The position numbers were made by a program, and so were the translations under genes. This document shows positions 34,524 through 45,619 of a stretch of DNA of 64,000 bases, in pieces; position 1 is the first letter of the stretch, and each line of letters begins with the position of its first letter. A model generated the notes under the pieces. That model worked only from the letters and a program-made list of their open reading frames with translations. It was not told the origin of the DNA and made no database searches. The stretch comes from Candidatus Buchananbacteria bacterium. Its GTDB lineage: Bacteria > Patescibacteriota > Patescibacteriia > 2-01-FULL-39-33. The DNA lies in assembly GCA_903859075.1 (NCBI GenBank), contig CAIOLF010000046.1, positions 20,671-84,670 on the forward strand, written 5' to 3'.

Positions 34524-35942
34524 ATGAAGAATAGCTATTCCCGCATATTAAGTTTATCGCTCATAGCCGTTTTCTTAATAACTTCCGGCTTCGGCTGCAA
34601 GCTCCAGGATCAGCAGACCCAGGAAAAAATGAAAGATATCACTCTTAATTATTGGCGTGTTTGGGATGATGACGATTCTTTTACTGATATTATCAAGGAT
34701 TATCAGACGGCTCACCCCAATATCAGGATTAATTACCGCAAATTCCGTTATGAGGAGTACGAGACGGAGCTTTTAAATGCTTTAGCCGAGGATCGCGGGC
34801 CGGACATTTTCTCCATCCCTCAGAGTTGGATAAGAAGTTATCAGGCCAAGATCGAGCCGATGCCGTCCCAGTTAACCATGGCTTATTCAGAAATTCAAGG
34901 CACGATTAAAAAGGAAACGGTTGTCACTCTCAAGACTTCACCGACGCCCAGCCTGCGTCAGCTTAAAGAATTGTTCGCTGATACTGTCGCTGATGACGTT
35001 ATTTTGCGTCAGCAAGTCTACGGCTTGCCGCTGAGCTTGGAGAGTTTGATAATGTTTTATAATAAAGACATTCTTAATCAGGCCGGAATCTCCCAGGTGC
35101 CGGCTGATTGGAAATCATTTCAGCAGGCAGTCCAAAAAATAACCAAGATAGATCAGGATAATAATATTATTCTCTCGGGCGCGGCCTTGGGTACCGGCGC
35201 CAACGTCGAGCAAAGTTTTGACATCCTTTCCGTCTTAATGATGCAGAACGGCGCCCAGATGGCCGGCCCCTTGGGACAACCGACATTTTTTACTCCCAAA
35301 AAGGGCGAGAAGGAGAGCGAGGGACAGGTAGCTTTGCAGTTTTATACTGATTTTGCCAATCCCTTAAAGGGCGTTTACAGCTGGAACGGCTCCATGGCCA
35401 GCAGCGCTTTTGAGACTTTTCTTTCGGGAAAAACGGCTTTTATCCTTGATTATAATTTTCAAATTCCGATTATCCGGGCTCGCGCTCCCAAGCTTAATTT
35501 TACTATCGCGCCGATCCCCCAGATTCCCGGCAACCCCACGGCTAATTATGCCGATTATTGGGTGGAGTCGGTTTCTAAAAAAACGAAATATAAAGATGAA
35601 GCCTGGGATTTTGTGCTTTTTGCCACCACCAAGGACGCGGAGGCCAAAAAATTCTTAGACAAGACCAAGCGTCCGACGGCGCTCAAAAAATTAATCGAAA
35701 AGCAAATCGAAGATCAGGATTTATACCCTTCAGTTTCCCAGATTTTGACGGCCAAGACTTGGTATAAGGGCAAAGAGCCGAAGGCAGCCGAAGCCGCTTT
35801 CGCGGAGATGATCGACAAATATCTGGCGGCAACCGATCCCAGGCAGATAAAAGATATTCTGAGCATAGCGTTGGAAAAAATCGCCCAGACGGTGGACACT
35901 GAGCAGAATCTTCCCGATCCGATCCCGCCGGCGAAAAAATAA
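34524..35942 (+). CDS. mirror copy of 31793-33211: solute-binding lipoprotein
   Basis: Identical 472-aa protein. Confidence 0.7.
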   Translation: MKNSYSRILSLSLIAVFLITSGFGCKLQDQQTQEKMKDITLNYWRVWDDDDSFTDIIKDYQTAHPNIRINYRKFRYEEYETELLNALAEDRGPDIFSIPQSWIRSYQAKIEPMPSQLTMAYSEIQGTIKKETVVTLKTSPTPSLRQLKELFADTVADDVILRQQVYGLPLSLESLIMFYNKDILNQAGISQVPADWKSFQQAVQKITKIDQDNNIILSGAALGTGANVEQSFDILSVLMMQNGAQMAGPLGQPTFFTPKKGEKESEGQVALQFYTDFANPLKGVYSWNGSMASSAFETFLSGKTAFILDYNFQIPIIRARAPKLNFTIAPIPQIPGNPTANYADYWVESVSKKTKYKDEAWDFVLFATTKDAEAKKFLDKTKRPTALKKLIEKQIEDQDLYPSVSQILTAKTWYKGKEPKAAEAAFAEMIDKYLAATDPRQIKDILSIALEKIAQTVDTEQNLPDPIPPAKK

Positions 35943-35955
35943 GTAACCTTGACTT

Positions 35956-36435
35956 ATGAAAAAAATAGCAGCGACAATGTTAATCGTTATGAGCCTGATT
36001 CTTGGCGCTAATGTTTTTTTGGCCTCAGCGGCTGGCGCTGCGGACGAAGGCGGCGCAGGCAGCGGCGCCTACTTAATGCAAGGGGTCAGCCCTGGCTGCA
36101 TTGGCACCGGCAATTGCACCCCCTGCGATCTAATTCAGGTGGGCGTTAATGCGTCGGACATGATTGTTTCTTTCTCGGGAGCGATTGCCATTTTGATGTT
36201 TATTATCGGCGGCATCATAATGATCACCGCTTATGGCAGCGATCGCATTACTATGGGGAAAAATATCATCATTGCCACTCTGGTCGGCCTGCTGATAATT
36301 TTTGCTTCTTGGACCTTGGCCAACACTTTAGTTTTTGCTTTCTACGGCAGCTCTCCTTCCGGCGCTTTTCCTAGCGCTTTGAGCGCAATGACAAAAAGCA
36401 GCAGTTTGCAGACGTATAAGTGCGGCGGCCAATAA
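35956..36435 (+). CDS. mirror copy of 31300-31779: pilin-family paralog 1
   Basis: Identical 159-aa protein. Confidence 0.5.
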   Translation: MKKIAATMLIVMSLILGANVFLASAAGAADEGGAGSGAYLMQGVSPGCIGTGNCTPCDLIQVGVNASDMIVSFSGAIAILMFIIGGIIMITAYGSDRITMGKNIIIATLVGLLIIFASWTLANTLVFAFYGSSPSGAFPSALSAMTKSSSLQTYKCGGQ

Positions 36436-36442
36436 TTATTCT

Positions 36443-36808
36443 ATGAAGAAATTTTTCTTAGCATCGTTTACCTCGACTGTTTCCTGGCTAGCGTTTGCCG
36501 GTACGGTCCATGCCCAGGCGGACAGCGTTACTTATCATCCGGCAGCTCCGGCAGCGGACTTATCGGCGATGCTAAGCAATGCCCTCAATGTCACGCTGGG
36601 AATGTTGGGCGTAATCGCTTTACTGGCTTTTATTTGGGCGGGATTTACTTGGATGACTTCCGGCGGCGATGCCGGAAAGATTACCAAAGCCAAAAAAACC
36701 ATGATCTGGGCGGTGGCCGGTCTGGTGATTATTTTTGCCTCTTATAGCATCTTGGTGCTTGTTTTCAACGCCTTCGGCTATCCGACGCCGGGAGCTTCGG
36801 CGAGATAA
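36443..36808 (+). CDS. mirror copy of 30927-31292: pilin-family paralog 2
   Basis: Identical 121-aa protein. Confidence 0.6.
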   Translation: MKKFFLASFTSTVSWLAFAGTVHAQADSVTYHPAAPAADLSAMLSNALNVTLGMLGVIALLAFIWAGFTWMTSGGDAGKITKAKKTMIWAVAGLVIIFASYSILVLVFNAFGYPTPGASAR

Positions 36809-36953
36809 TTGCTCCAAATTAGGCGCATTTTTTTTGTTTTAGTGTGGATAAATAGTGGCTTAAATCAGCAGAATGTTTTATAATTAGTATATAAATAACA
36901 ACTCTCGCTAATAATTTTTTTTATAAAGCGAGGCCAAGAAAGGGGGTGACAAC

Positions 36954-37331
36954 ATGAAAAAATTAGCTTTAATTAAGATTTCTGCGATTTCCGCGGCTGT
37001 TATGGCCTTCATTATGCCAGCCATCGTTTTTGCCCAAAGTGAGAACTTTACAAATTTCAGAGAAGCAGCCGGAGGCGGCACTGCGGAATTTGTCCCGATG
37101 ATTGGCGGCATCGTCAATGTCATTATGGGATTGCTCGGCGTCGTAGCGGTTCTTATCATCCTTTACGGCGGTTTTATGTGGATGACTGCTGCCGGCAACG
37201 AAGAAAAGGTGACCAAAGCCAAAAAACTCATCATCGCCGGTATTATCGGTTTGGTGGTTATTTTTGCCGCTTTCGCCATCGCCCAATTTGTTATTGGCAG
37301 CTTGGCTGCCCAGAGCAACGCCACAGTGTAA
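36954..37331 (+). CDS. mirror copy of 30404-30781: pilin-family paralog 3
   Basis: Identical 125-aa protein. Confidence 0.6.
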   Translation: MKKLALIKISAISAAVMAFIMPAIVFAQSENFTNFREAAGGGTAEFVPMIGGIVNVIMGLLGVVAVLIILYGGFMWMTAAGNEEKVTKAKKLIIAGIIGLVVIFAAFAIAQFVIGSLAAQSNATV

Positions 37332-37370
37332 TAAATATAATTTAACAAAGGGGGCGTTTTTACGCCCCCC

Positions 37371-37781
37371 TTGATTAAACCCAGAAAAATGCTTTGGAAA
37401 AATAAAATCAATTATCGTTTTTTGAGCACCTTGCTGTTTTTTCTGCTTGTAGGGATTTTTTGTTTTACCGCCGTTTATGCCGCGGACACGGTAAATCCGA
37501 TTTCCGGACTGAGGAGAGCGGTCGCCGGCACCGGTCTGGATAGATCGACCAGTCTGCCGAGTTTTGTCGGCAATGTGATTAAAACAGTGCTGGCCGGTAT
37601 CGGAGTTCTTTTTCTGGTCTTGACGATTTATGCCGGAGTAATGTGGATGCTGGCTCGCGGCGACGAGACAAAAATAAAATCAGCTCGCAATATAATCATT
37701 ACGGCACTCACTGGGTTTATTATTGTCATGCTTTCTTATGGTATTACGTCGTTTGTGGTCAATATTTTCAAGTTCAGATAG
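37371..37781 (+). CDS. mirror copy of 29954-30364: pilin-family paralog 4
   Basis: Identical 136-aa protein. Confidence 0.6.
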   Translation: MIKPRKMLWKNKINYRFLSTLLFFLLVGIFCFTAVYAADTVNPISGLRRAVAGTGLDRSTSLPSFVGNVIKTVLAGIGVLFLVLTIYAGVMWMLARGDETKIKSARNIIITALTGFIIVMLSYGITSFVVNIFKFR

Positions 37782-37883
37782 AATCTTCTAGTTTAGATAG
37801 ATTGTTTTCATGGCTTAGGCGGCAGTCCGCCTAAGTGATTGAAAGTAAAAATAAATAATTAATATAAAATTAACTAAAAAGCT

Positions 37884-38315
37884 ATGAAAAAATTATTAAA
37901 GGAAAAGAGAAAACATCTATTTTCTTTTCTGATGGTGGTTATGTTCCTGGCCGTGCCGGTTTTGGGGCTAGGCCTGGTACATCCGGCCTCGGCCGATATT
38001 GTGACCAATATAGAAGGAAATCTTACGGCCACTGGACTTCAGCAATTAGGCGGTGAGGGCGCCAATCTGCCGAAGACCATCGGCAATGTGGTTGGGGTCT
38101 TACTGGGACTGCTCGGCGTTGTGTTCGTGCTCATCGTTATTTACGCCGGATTCATGTGGATGATGGCTCAAGGCGATGAAACTAAAATTACCAAAGCCAG
38201 AAAGACCATCATTCAGGGCGTTGTCGCCATTGTGATTATTTTTATGGCTTATGCCATTACCTCTTTCGTAATCGCTCAGATTGGCAAGACAGCTGCCGGG
38301 GGCACGGCCGGATAA
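37884..38315 (+). CDS. mirror copy of 29420-29851: pilin-family paralog 5
   Basis: Identical 143-aa protein. Confidence 0.6.
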   Translation: MKKLLKEKRKHLFSFLMVVMFLAVPVLGLGLVHPASADIVTNIEGNLTATGLQQLGGEGANLPKTIGNVVGVLLGLLGVVFVLIVIYAGFMWMMAQGDETKITKARKTIIQGVVAIVIIFMAYAITSFVIAQIGKTAAGGTAG

Positions 38316-38390
38316 AATTATTTTTTGAAAAGGAAACGCGGCGGGAAGCGCAAACATGCTTCCCGCCGCGGTTTTGTTTTACGGTTGTGG

Positions 38391-38780
38391 CTAGATCCCG
38401 AAGATCCAGCCGGTATCCATGCCTTTTCCCCCGGGCATCACGTACAGGTGGCCCAGGGGTTCGTTGTAGATGGGGTAGTAGCCGTCATAGACGACTCTTG
38501 ATCCCGCCTTCACCACGAAGTGCGATTTAGCATTGGCATGAGCGCACATTGTGGTAAAACACCTGGCCGGAATCGACTTCTCTGGGCCACCGTCGATTGA
38601 AACGGTTACCGAATAGTCACGCCCGTTTTCGACCACGCCCTCACGAAGAGGGTGGTCAAGGCCGGCGACGACCTGATGAAAGGCGCTCCGCTCGTATTCC
38701 GGCCCGCTGGTGGCACAGCCACTGCCCAGTGCCAGGATCATCGCCAGAGCAGCCAGGATCGCGAAAGAACTCATTTTCAT
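38391..38780 (-). CDS. mirror copy of 28955-29344: GC-rich lipoprotein
   Basis: Identical protein. Confidence 0.55.
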   Translation of the reverse strand: MKMSSFAILAALAMILALGSGCATSGPEYERSAFHQVVAGLDHPLREGVVENGRDYSVTVSIDGGPEKSIPARCFTTMCAHANAKSHFVVKAGSRVVYDGYYPIYNEPLGHLYVMPGGKGMDTGWIFGI

Positions 38781-38969
38781 TGTATTCTCCCTAAGTCGCT
38801 GCCTTTGGCAGTCGACCATTTGTACTGTTGATTACATTATTTCCAAACCTATAATCTTAGCTACTTTGGGATTATTTATTATATTTTAGCTAAAATCACA
38901 GATTTGCTAATAAGGTAGTATAAATATAATTATAGCATACTTTTTGTGTTTTGTCAATAGTTTTGGACA

Positions 38970-40589
38970 TTATAGCACTTCATAAATCGCTCCTTCACCG
39001 TCTTCATAAACCTTCTTGAATTTGAAGTTATTATCCAAGATGCTTTTGAACAGGGTATTCTTCGCTTCCACTTGGACGTATTTTGCCCGCAATTCATTTT
39101 TAATGATTCCGTAGGCCTCTTCATATCTCTTACCCAAAGTAATATCAATCATCTTTTTCTGCAGATTTTTATCATAGAGATACATGAATGTCGGATCAAG
39201 CCCGATGACGTAATAATTTTTGTCATTATGATAAAACAGCATCGGGAAATAGGACCAGTTGCTGTTTAGCACCAGATCGCGCGGCTGGCTGTGGCTCGCC
39301 AGATAGCGCGAAGCGCCGCCTAAATAGTCAAAGGAAAATGAGGTGTCCGTTAATCTTTTTTTGGCGTCAACTAAGCAGAAAATTCCCAGACAAAGAAGCA
39401 TGACGATAGCCAACGACCAGGCAGTTTTTTTGACCCAAGCTTCAGGAAAAAGTTTTTTCAGCTTGCCGGCCAGCTGAAGCAGGCAGTTTTGGGCCTGCTG
39501 GTTTTCCCAGAAAAGATTAAGCGAGCCGGCGGCGGAAGCGACCAAAAAAGGAATTAAGTATTCAATATTTCGTTGTGATTTAAGCGTCAAAAGCAGTAGC
39601 AAAAAAGAACTTAGTAGGAAGAATTTGGCCGGGGTGCGGCTGGAGCGGAAATAAAACAACAGCAGGCCGGCCCCGATAGTCGCCAGCAGTAAAGGGATAA
39701 GCGCGTGGTAGGCCAAATCGGAAAAGTTCAGCGGATACCATTCGCCGCCGACGCCGACGTATTTTTGATAGTTGATTAGGCCGATTTTGAAAATATGCAC
39801 CCAGTAAAAATTAATATTCTGCGGGAAGAAAGGGTTGATAATCAGTCCGGCGGCCGCGCCGGAAAAGGCGGCCAGCGGCCAAAACAGTTTGGAAGAGAAT
39901 AAATTTTTTAATGAGCGAAGCAGCAGTTGCCAGCCGGCGCGCCAGTAGCTTTTGGGCAATTGGGGCAGGGATTGGAGCGCTTGATCAAAGGCCGCGACCA
40001 GCGCGTAAAGCACGGAAAAAATCGGCAGCAAAATCCAGCCGCCGTAGCTCAGGACGTAAATCAGCGAGGTTAAAAAAAGCGAAAAATGTTTTTTATTGAA
40101 AATAAAATGCAAGCCGATAAAAAGGATTATCAGCGATAGCGGCTGCGCCTTGACCAAGCTGACGCGAAAGAGCAGCGATGGCGCCAGGAATAAGACGAGA
40201 GTAAACCAGAAAGCGGCTTTGATTTTTAGTTTTTTTAACATCCAATAAAAGGCGAGTACGGCTAAAGAGCAGAGAATGATCTGAAAGATTTTTCCGCCGA
40301 TAAGCGGCGGCAAAAAACTGACAAAGGGTATCAGCAGCACGTGGTAGAGGAAATGGTGGTCGACAAAGCCGTCTTTCCAGGTGGAAAATTGCATCCAGGG
40401 GAAATCGGTAATCAGTCCCCGCTGGCTCATCAGCTGGGCAATTTTGACGTGGTAAAAGGCATCCGGGTCGTTGATGCCGGGATAAAATTGCAGATAAGAA
40501 AAGATGATAAGCGAGATTAAAAAAACAACCAATCCGGCAAGGAACTGGTTATTGATCAGCTGATGATTAATTTTCTTAAAAGTCAACAT
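38970..40589 (-). CDS. mirror copy of 27146-28765: GT-C membrane glycosyltransferase
   Basis: Identical 539-aa protein. Confidence 0.5.
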   Translation of the reverse strand: MLTFKKINHQLINNQFLAGLVVFLISLIIFSYLQFYPGINDPDAFYHVKIAQLMSQRGLITDFPWMQFSTWKDGFVDHHFLYHVLLIPFVSFLPPLIGGKIFQIILCSLAVLAFYWMLKKLKIKAAFWFTLVLFLAPSLLFRVSLVKAQPLSLIILFIGLHFIFNKKHFSLFLTSLIYVLSYGGWILLPIFSVLYALVAAFDQALQSLPQLPKSYWRAGWQLLLRSLKNLFSSKLFWPLAAFSGAAAGLIINPFFPQNINFYWVHIFKIGLINYQKYVGVGGEWYPLNFSDLAYHALIPLLLATIGAGLLLFYFRSSRTPAKFFLLSSFLLLLLTLKSQRNIEYLIPFLVASAAGSLNLFWENQQAQNCLLQLAGKLKKLFPEAWVKKTAWSLAIVMLLCLGIFCLVDAKKRLTDTSFSFDYLGGASRYLASHSQPRDLVLNSNWSYFPMLFYHNDKNYYVIGLDPTFMYLYDKNLQKKMIDITLGKRYEEAYGIIKNELRAKYVQVEAKNTLFKSILDNNFKFKKVYEDGEGAIYEVL

Positions 40590-40710
40590 AAGGGATTAAA
40601 GATACTAATATACTAATAGATACTAATGATACGAATGGTTACGAATTATTTTTTAGTAATTTATTATTAGTATCCATTAGTTTCATTAGCATAATTCGTA
40701 TATTAGTACC

Positions 40711-41757
40711 TTAATTTTTTTTAAGTTCCGCTTTGAGAAATTTCACCCAAGGAACATCGGTCGGATCGACGCCATTGATTTCGCTGAGATAATAGCTGAC
40801 CCAGGAGCCGAAGAGCAATATTTCTAGCGCAGCGGCCAAGCGGCTGGAGGCGGGAGAGAAGTGATTAACAAAGGAAATTTTTTGCCGGCTCAATATCTTT
40901 TGAGTTATGGCTGTTCGTTTATGGATATTATTTTCGTAGTTGGAAGAATTAAGGAAAACAAATTTTGTCGCTTTGGAGACAGAGCGGGGAAAGGCCAGGC
41001 CATCAAGCAGATGATGATTGAGTTCCGGCAGAAGATAGGGATGGGCCAATTGTTTGGCGCTTTCATTTATCTGATTGGCCAGGATGTGGCCGTTGGCGGC
41101 CAGGAATTGAGCTGAGACGATGATGATGCTCTTGTTGGCGAGCTGAGCTGCCAGATCAGTGGCCGGGTTGGCTTCGCCGTTTTTGCTCCAATAAGAGAAG
41201 TTGAGATTTTTTAGGTTGGCGGAGAGAGCGTCTATTTCTCGAGTGGTAGCGCTGATAATTTTTAGCTTACTTAGCAAAGCGATGAGAATGCCGATTTGCG
41301 AGTTGATGCCATAGCGCGGCTGGCCGGAAGGGTTGCTTTTTAGGTCCAGCAAGTAATAGGGCAATTTGTAACGCTTGGCTTGGCTGATTATTTCGCCGCC
41401 AGTGGAAAGACAGAAGATTTTAAGCTTCTTAGGGCGGGCTTCCCGCAGGCAGGAGATTGTTTCCTCGGTCGTGCCGGAGTAGCTGGAGATGATAATCAGA
41501 CTGTCTTTGCCGGCAAATGTAGGCAGATGGTAATTTCGCACAAGAACGACCGGCACCTTCAATTGGTGGCCGTAGACCGAGCGCACCAGCTCCATGGCCA
41601 GATTGGAGCCGCCCATGCCGCAGCAGACGATGTTTTTGAATTTTGTGCCGCTAAGTTTTTTGACGTTGAGAAATTGCCCTTCCTGCCAGGCAGAAGAGAG
41701 CTGATCAGGCAGGGCCAGCAGGGATTCAATCACTTTTTGGTTATGGTTGGATTTCAT
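40711..41757 (-). CDS. mirror copy of 25978-27024: PGI/PMI SIS-domain isomerase
   Basis: Identical 348-aa protein. Confidence 0.7.
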   Translation of the reverse strand: MKSNHNQKVIESLLALPDQLSSAWQEGQFLNVKKLSGTKFKNIVCCGMGGSNLAMELVRSVYGHQLKVPVVLVRNYHLPTFAGKDSLIIISSYSGTTEETISCLREARPKKLKIFCLSTGGEIISQAKRYKLPYYLLDLKSNPSGQPRYGINSQIGILIALLSKLKIISATTREIDALSANLKNLNFSYWSKNGEANPATDLAAQLANKSIIIVSAQFLAANGHILANQINESAKQLAHPYLLPELNHHLLDGLAFPRSVSKATKFVFLNSSNYENNIHKRTAITQKILSRQKISFVNHFSPASSRLAAALEILLFGSWVSYYLSEINGVDPTDVPWVKFLKAELKKN

Positions 41758-41914
41758 AAGATTGGGTGAGGTTTTAATAGGTCTATTCTAGCATAATTTA
41801 GGTGATAATCAAAGGGTTGCCGGCTTGAAAAATAATAAAAATAAGGGTAAAATTCATCTATAAAACGCCCCTGGAAGCGGCTAAAACTCCGAATTTTGGG
41901 GCTTAATCTTCCTC

Positions 41915-43204
41915 ATGATAAAAAAAATCAGCAGTTTATTTTTTTGCTTTGCTTATCTGGTTGTTAATTTCATTATTTTTTTCAATTCATACGTTCAGAA
42001 GCCGACGTATGAGTTCACTTCTATTTGGTATATTATTAGCGGTTTTATTTTTGCGGTTTTATTTTTTCTGTTTCTAAGACAGAAGATTTCCCGTTGGCTA
42101 TGGTTGCTGCCGCTAGCGGTTATGGCCTTGGCTATTTTTTCCGTGCCGACAACTTCCTATGATATTTTCCGCTATCTGTTTGACGGAAAGATGATCGCTT
42201 CTTACCACGCTTCACCCTATGAGGTACTGCCAATTAATCTGCCGGCCGATCAGTATTCATCGTATTTTTATCATATCTGGTGGACCAAAATTTACAGTCC
42301 CTACGGGCCGTTGTGGCAGCTGGCGATGGTGGTGATTAATTTTATATCCCTAGATAAATTATGGCTGGGATTGGCAGGACTTAAAATATTCAATCTGGCT
42401 GGCTACCTTTGGTCGGCTTATTTGATTTACAGATTAACGGGTAAAAAACAGCTGGCTTATCTGTTTTTGCTTTGTCCGGTGCTGCTCTTTAATAATCTGG
42501 CGACGCCGCACGCGGATATATTTATTGCCGCTTTATTGCTTTCTGCTTGGTATGTCCAGAAAAAAGAATTATTCGGCGTTTGGCTCGGCGCTTTGGCGGG
42601 ACTGGTAAAAATCTACGGCTGGTTCCTGCTGCCTTTTTGGTGCGGCAAAAAGAATATTGTCAGAAAATTTATTTATTTTGTTATTACCGGTGGCGTTTCT
42701 CTTTTATTGCTTAAGCTGATTTTAGGATTTAAATTCTGGCCGATGATCAGGGCCGCTTTTATCGGCGGCAGCGGCGGAGGAATGGGCCGGGGCAAATTGC
42801 TGATTTATGATTTTTTCCCTTGGCTTAGCTCGGCCGAGGGAGTCATGGTTTCTTTGATCATTTTTTTAGCGCTGTATTTGTTTATCTATAGATTGTTTTG
42901 GAAAGGGAAAATCTCTGACATCGGAGCCGGCGCTCTGGCCTCTTTGCTGGTGCCATTATTGCTGTTGTGCCTGTCCTATCCTTGGCACTTTATCATTCCG
43001 CTCAGCTTTATGTTTTTATGGCAAAAGAAGATAGCTTGGCTGCTGATTGCCTTTATTAGTTTTTACAGTTTTTTGGCTCCGCTTAATTTAGCCTGGGCAA
43101 TTTTATGTTTTGCGGTTTTAATAATCTTTATCAAGCTCTTCGGCGGGATTTATAAGAATTTGTCATTTATTAAAAATACTGGGCAAAAGGGGCAAAGTAT
43201 TTGA
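41915..43204 (+). CDS. mirror copy of 24531-25820: GT-C-like membrane protein
   Basis: Identical 429-aa protein. Confidence 0.45.
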   Translation: MIKKISSLFFCFAYLVVNFIIFFNSYVQKPTYEFTSIWYIISGFIFAVLFFLFLRQKISRWLWLLPLAVMALAIFSVPTTSYDIFRYLFDGKMIASYHASPYEVLPINLPADQYSSYFYHIWWTKIYSPYGPLWQLAMVVINFISLDKLWLGLAGLKIFNLAGYLWSAYLIYRLTGKKQLAYLFLLCPVLLFNNLATPHADIFIAALLLSAWYVQKKELFGVWLGALAGLVKIYGWFLLPFWCGKKNIVRKFIYFVITGGVSLLLLKLILGFKFWPMIRAAFIGGSGGGMGRGKLLIYDFFPWLSSAEGVMVSLIIFLALYLFIYRLFWKGKISDIGAGALASLLVPLLLLCLSYPWHFIIPLSFMFLWQKKIAWLLIAFISFYSFLAPLNLAWAILCFAVLIIFIKLFGGIYKNLSFIKNTGQKGQSI

Positions 43205-43252
43205 CTTTTTCGGGTTTTTTTGTTATTATTTTAGTTGTATTAAAAGTTTTTT

Positions 43253-43327
43253 GTCCCCGTAGTTCAACGGATAGAACAAGAGCCTTCTAAGCTCTGGATC
43301 TAGGTTCGACTCCTAGCGGGGACACCA
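43253..43327 (+). tRNA. mirror copy: tRNA-Arg (TCT)
   Basis: Reverse complement of 24408-24482. Confidence 0.85.
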
Positions 43328-43371
43328 GTCAAGATAGGAATTGAACTAATCTATTTTGATAAAACAATTCA

Positions 43372-43443
43372 GCTCCTATAGTTCAAGGGATAGAACATGG
43401 GTTTCCGGAACCTAAAATCCAGGTTCGAGTCCTGGTGGGAGCA
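43372..43443 (+). tRNA. mirror copy: tRNA-Arg (CCG)
   Basis: Reverse complement of 24292-24363. Confidence 0.8.
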
Positions 43444-43447
43444 TTAT

Positions 43448-43522
43448 GGTGAGTGTAGCTCAATTGGTTAGAGCACTCGGTTGTGGTCCGAGCGGTTGCC
43501 GGTTCAACCCCGGTCACTCACC
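43448..43522 (+). tRNA. mirror copy: tRNA-His (GTG)
   Basis: Reverse complement of 24213-24287. Confidence 0.85.
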
Positions 43523-43589
43523 CATTTTGGTACTTATTATACCTAGATTAATTGTTAGGATAAATGAGTACAAAAACAAAAAATATCCC

Positions 43590-44678
43590 TTAATTGGGGT
43601 ATTTTTTGTTGGGCAAGGAAGGGAGTTGAACTAAAGAATTTTTATAAATTGAGATATTATTCATTTTAATTTGTTTTTCTAATGTTTCCACATATGTTTT
43701 AAATTTAGGCGATCTAACCAAGCACGGACAATTACCATAAGTGTTATAAAATTTTTGCTCCTGGTTCTTCTTGTAGGCATAGCTTTCTGACAATGTTTTA
43801 TTAAAGACGTTTCCCAATAATCCGTCCGTCGCTGAAGTGTAGGCGCAAGTCATATAATTTCCGGCGGGGCTAATGGCAATGCCATTACTTGAGTATCCGC
43901 AAAGGCCATTGCTGCCCAGGGTAAGCGGACCAGTACTCTCTGATAGCTCCCTTATAATCTGCTCAATCTCTTTATAATTGTCATTACCCAATGATAATTC
44001 ATCCCAATTACCCACGGCATTCCCTAATTTAGCCAATGGATTACAAATGAAATATATGTCATCGCCGCAGAATTCTTTAATTTTTTTCATTTCCTCTTTA
44101 TTTAAGCCGTTAACAGTGGCATTAAAGGCCAATCTAACAACTCGGCAGCCATTTTCCTGCCGAATAAGTTTGCCGTAAATTTTCCTTGCCTGTTTGATAT
44201 TTTTTAGAACCTGCAAAAAAATGTTTTTATCATTGTTGCCGGTTAACTTAAGGTAGAGTTCGGGTAAGAATGAATCAAAGCTGATAACCAACGAAACATT
44301 GTGTGCGGCATAAAAGCCAATCAGTTCTTCCGTTAGAGTACTTCCATTGCTATAAATAATAGTCATCATGCCCGAAGAATCGATCTTTTTGACAATTTTT
44401 TTAATACTTTTATGTAAACTGGGTTCCCCCTCTCCCGCCAAAATAACCGCCTTCCCATTCATGTCTCTCGCTTCTTTTATTAATTTGAATATTTTATCCG
44501 TAGTTATTGGATTATCTTGAATATAAAAGTTATTATTTTTCAAATTAAAACATTTTTTGCATTTGTAATTACACAAAAATGGCAAGTTGATCATCAAATA
44601 TGCGAAATCATTCAGTCGGCCGGATTTTGACAAATGCAACGGCGTTCCTCGGAATATTTTTGGGATTTTATTCACCAT
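43590..44678 (-). CDS. mirror copy of 23057-24145: radical SAM/SPASM protein
   Basis: Identical 362-aa protein. Confidence 0.75.
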   Translation of the reverse strand: MVNKIPKIFRGTPLHLSKSGRLNDFAYLMINLPFLCNYKCKKCFNLKNNNFYIQDNPITTDKIFKLIKEARDMNGKAVILAGEGEPSLHKSIKKIVKKIDSSGMMTIIYSNGSTLTEELIGFYAAHNVSLVISFDSFLPELYLKLTGNNDKNIFLQVLKNIKQARKIYGKLIRQENGCRVVRLAFNATVNGLNKEEMKKIKEFCGDDIYFICNPLAKLGNAVGNWDELSLGNDNYKEIEQIIRELSESTGPLTLGSNGLCGYSSNGIAISPAGNYMTCAYTSATDGLLGNVFNKTLSESYAYKKNQEQKFYNTYGNCPCLVRSPKFKTYVETLEKQIKMNNISIYKNSLVQLPSLPNKKYPN

Positions 44679-45619
44679 AAATTTTCGCTTAAATATCTTT
44701 CTCCGGTATCAAACGTGTTAGTGATAATAATTTTTTCTTTTCCGAGTTTTCTAGCATATTTAATAGTCATATCGATGTTAGCCCCCGATGTTTTTCCTAC
44801 AAATAAACCGACTTTGGCCAACTTTCTAGTCATTGCTACGGCATCTTTTTCATCGGCCACATCCGCAATGTCATATAATTTTTCATCGGCAATTTTGGGA
44901 AGTGACGCGCCTCCCATCCCGGTTAGTTCAGGTATTTGATACAAAAAAGTATAGTTATTCCTTTTGGCATGGATATAGGGAGCAGTTGGTGATTCTATAA
45001 GAATAGTTTGAATGTTTGGATAGTATTTTTTAAGGCTTATAGCCACCCCCGTGATTAGTCCATAAGTTCCGGCGCCAGACAAAAAGTAGTCCGGAATAAT
45101 TTTTTTTTCATTGCAATTTTTATAAATTTCCTTTCCTAAAATTTTAAAACTTTCAGGATTGGCCGAATTATTATATTGATTAATAAAAATTCTATTTTGA
45201 GGATCTTGCTTTATGAATTCCAAAGCTTGTTCTTTATGGCGCGATGGAGATTCCATTTTACTTATCACAACCTCCGCTCCGTAAGCTTTTACTATCTTGC
45301 CTCTTTCTTTGGAAACATAATCTGGGATAAAAGCTTTGAATTTATATCCTTTTACGGCGCAAATAAACGCCCCGGCAATTGCTGAATTACCGCTTGATGC
45401 TTCTACAAAAATCGTATTCTTGGTGATTTTTTTATCCCGTTCTATTTTTTCAATCATGTTCAAATATGCTCGTACTTTATGCGTACCGGCAGGATTTAAG
45501 TGTTCTAATTTCACATATATTGTGGCATCGTTTTGGGTTGTGAACCCGGTTAATTTTATTAATGGCGTATTGCCAATATAATGAAGCAAGTCCTTCATAT
45601 AAGATGTGCCGACAGGCAA
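44672..45619 (-). CDS. mirror copy of 22116-23063: CysK-family PLP enzyme
   Basis: Identical 315-aa protein. Confidence 0.75.
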   Translation of the reverse strand: MPVGTSYMKDLLHYIGNTPLIKLTGFTTQNDATIYVKLEHLNPAGTHKVRAYLNMIEKIERDKKITKNTIFVEASSGNSAIAGAFICAVKGYKFKAFIPDYVSKERGKIVKAYGAEVVISKMESPSRHKEQALEFIKQDPQNRIFINQYNNSANPESFKILGKEIYKNCNEKKIIPDYFLSGAGTYGLITGVAISLKKYYPNIQTILIESPTAPYIHAKRNNYTFLYQIPELTGMGGASLPKIADEKLYDIADVADEKDAVAMTRKLAKVGLFVGKTSGANIDMTIKYARKLGKEKIIITNTFDTGERYLSENLW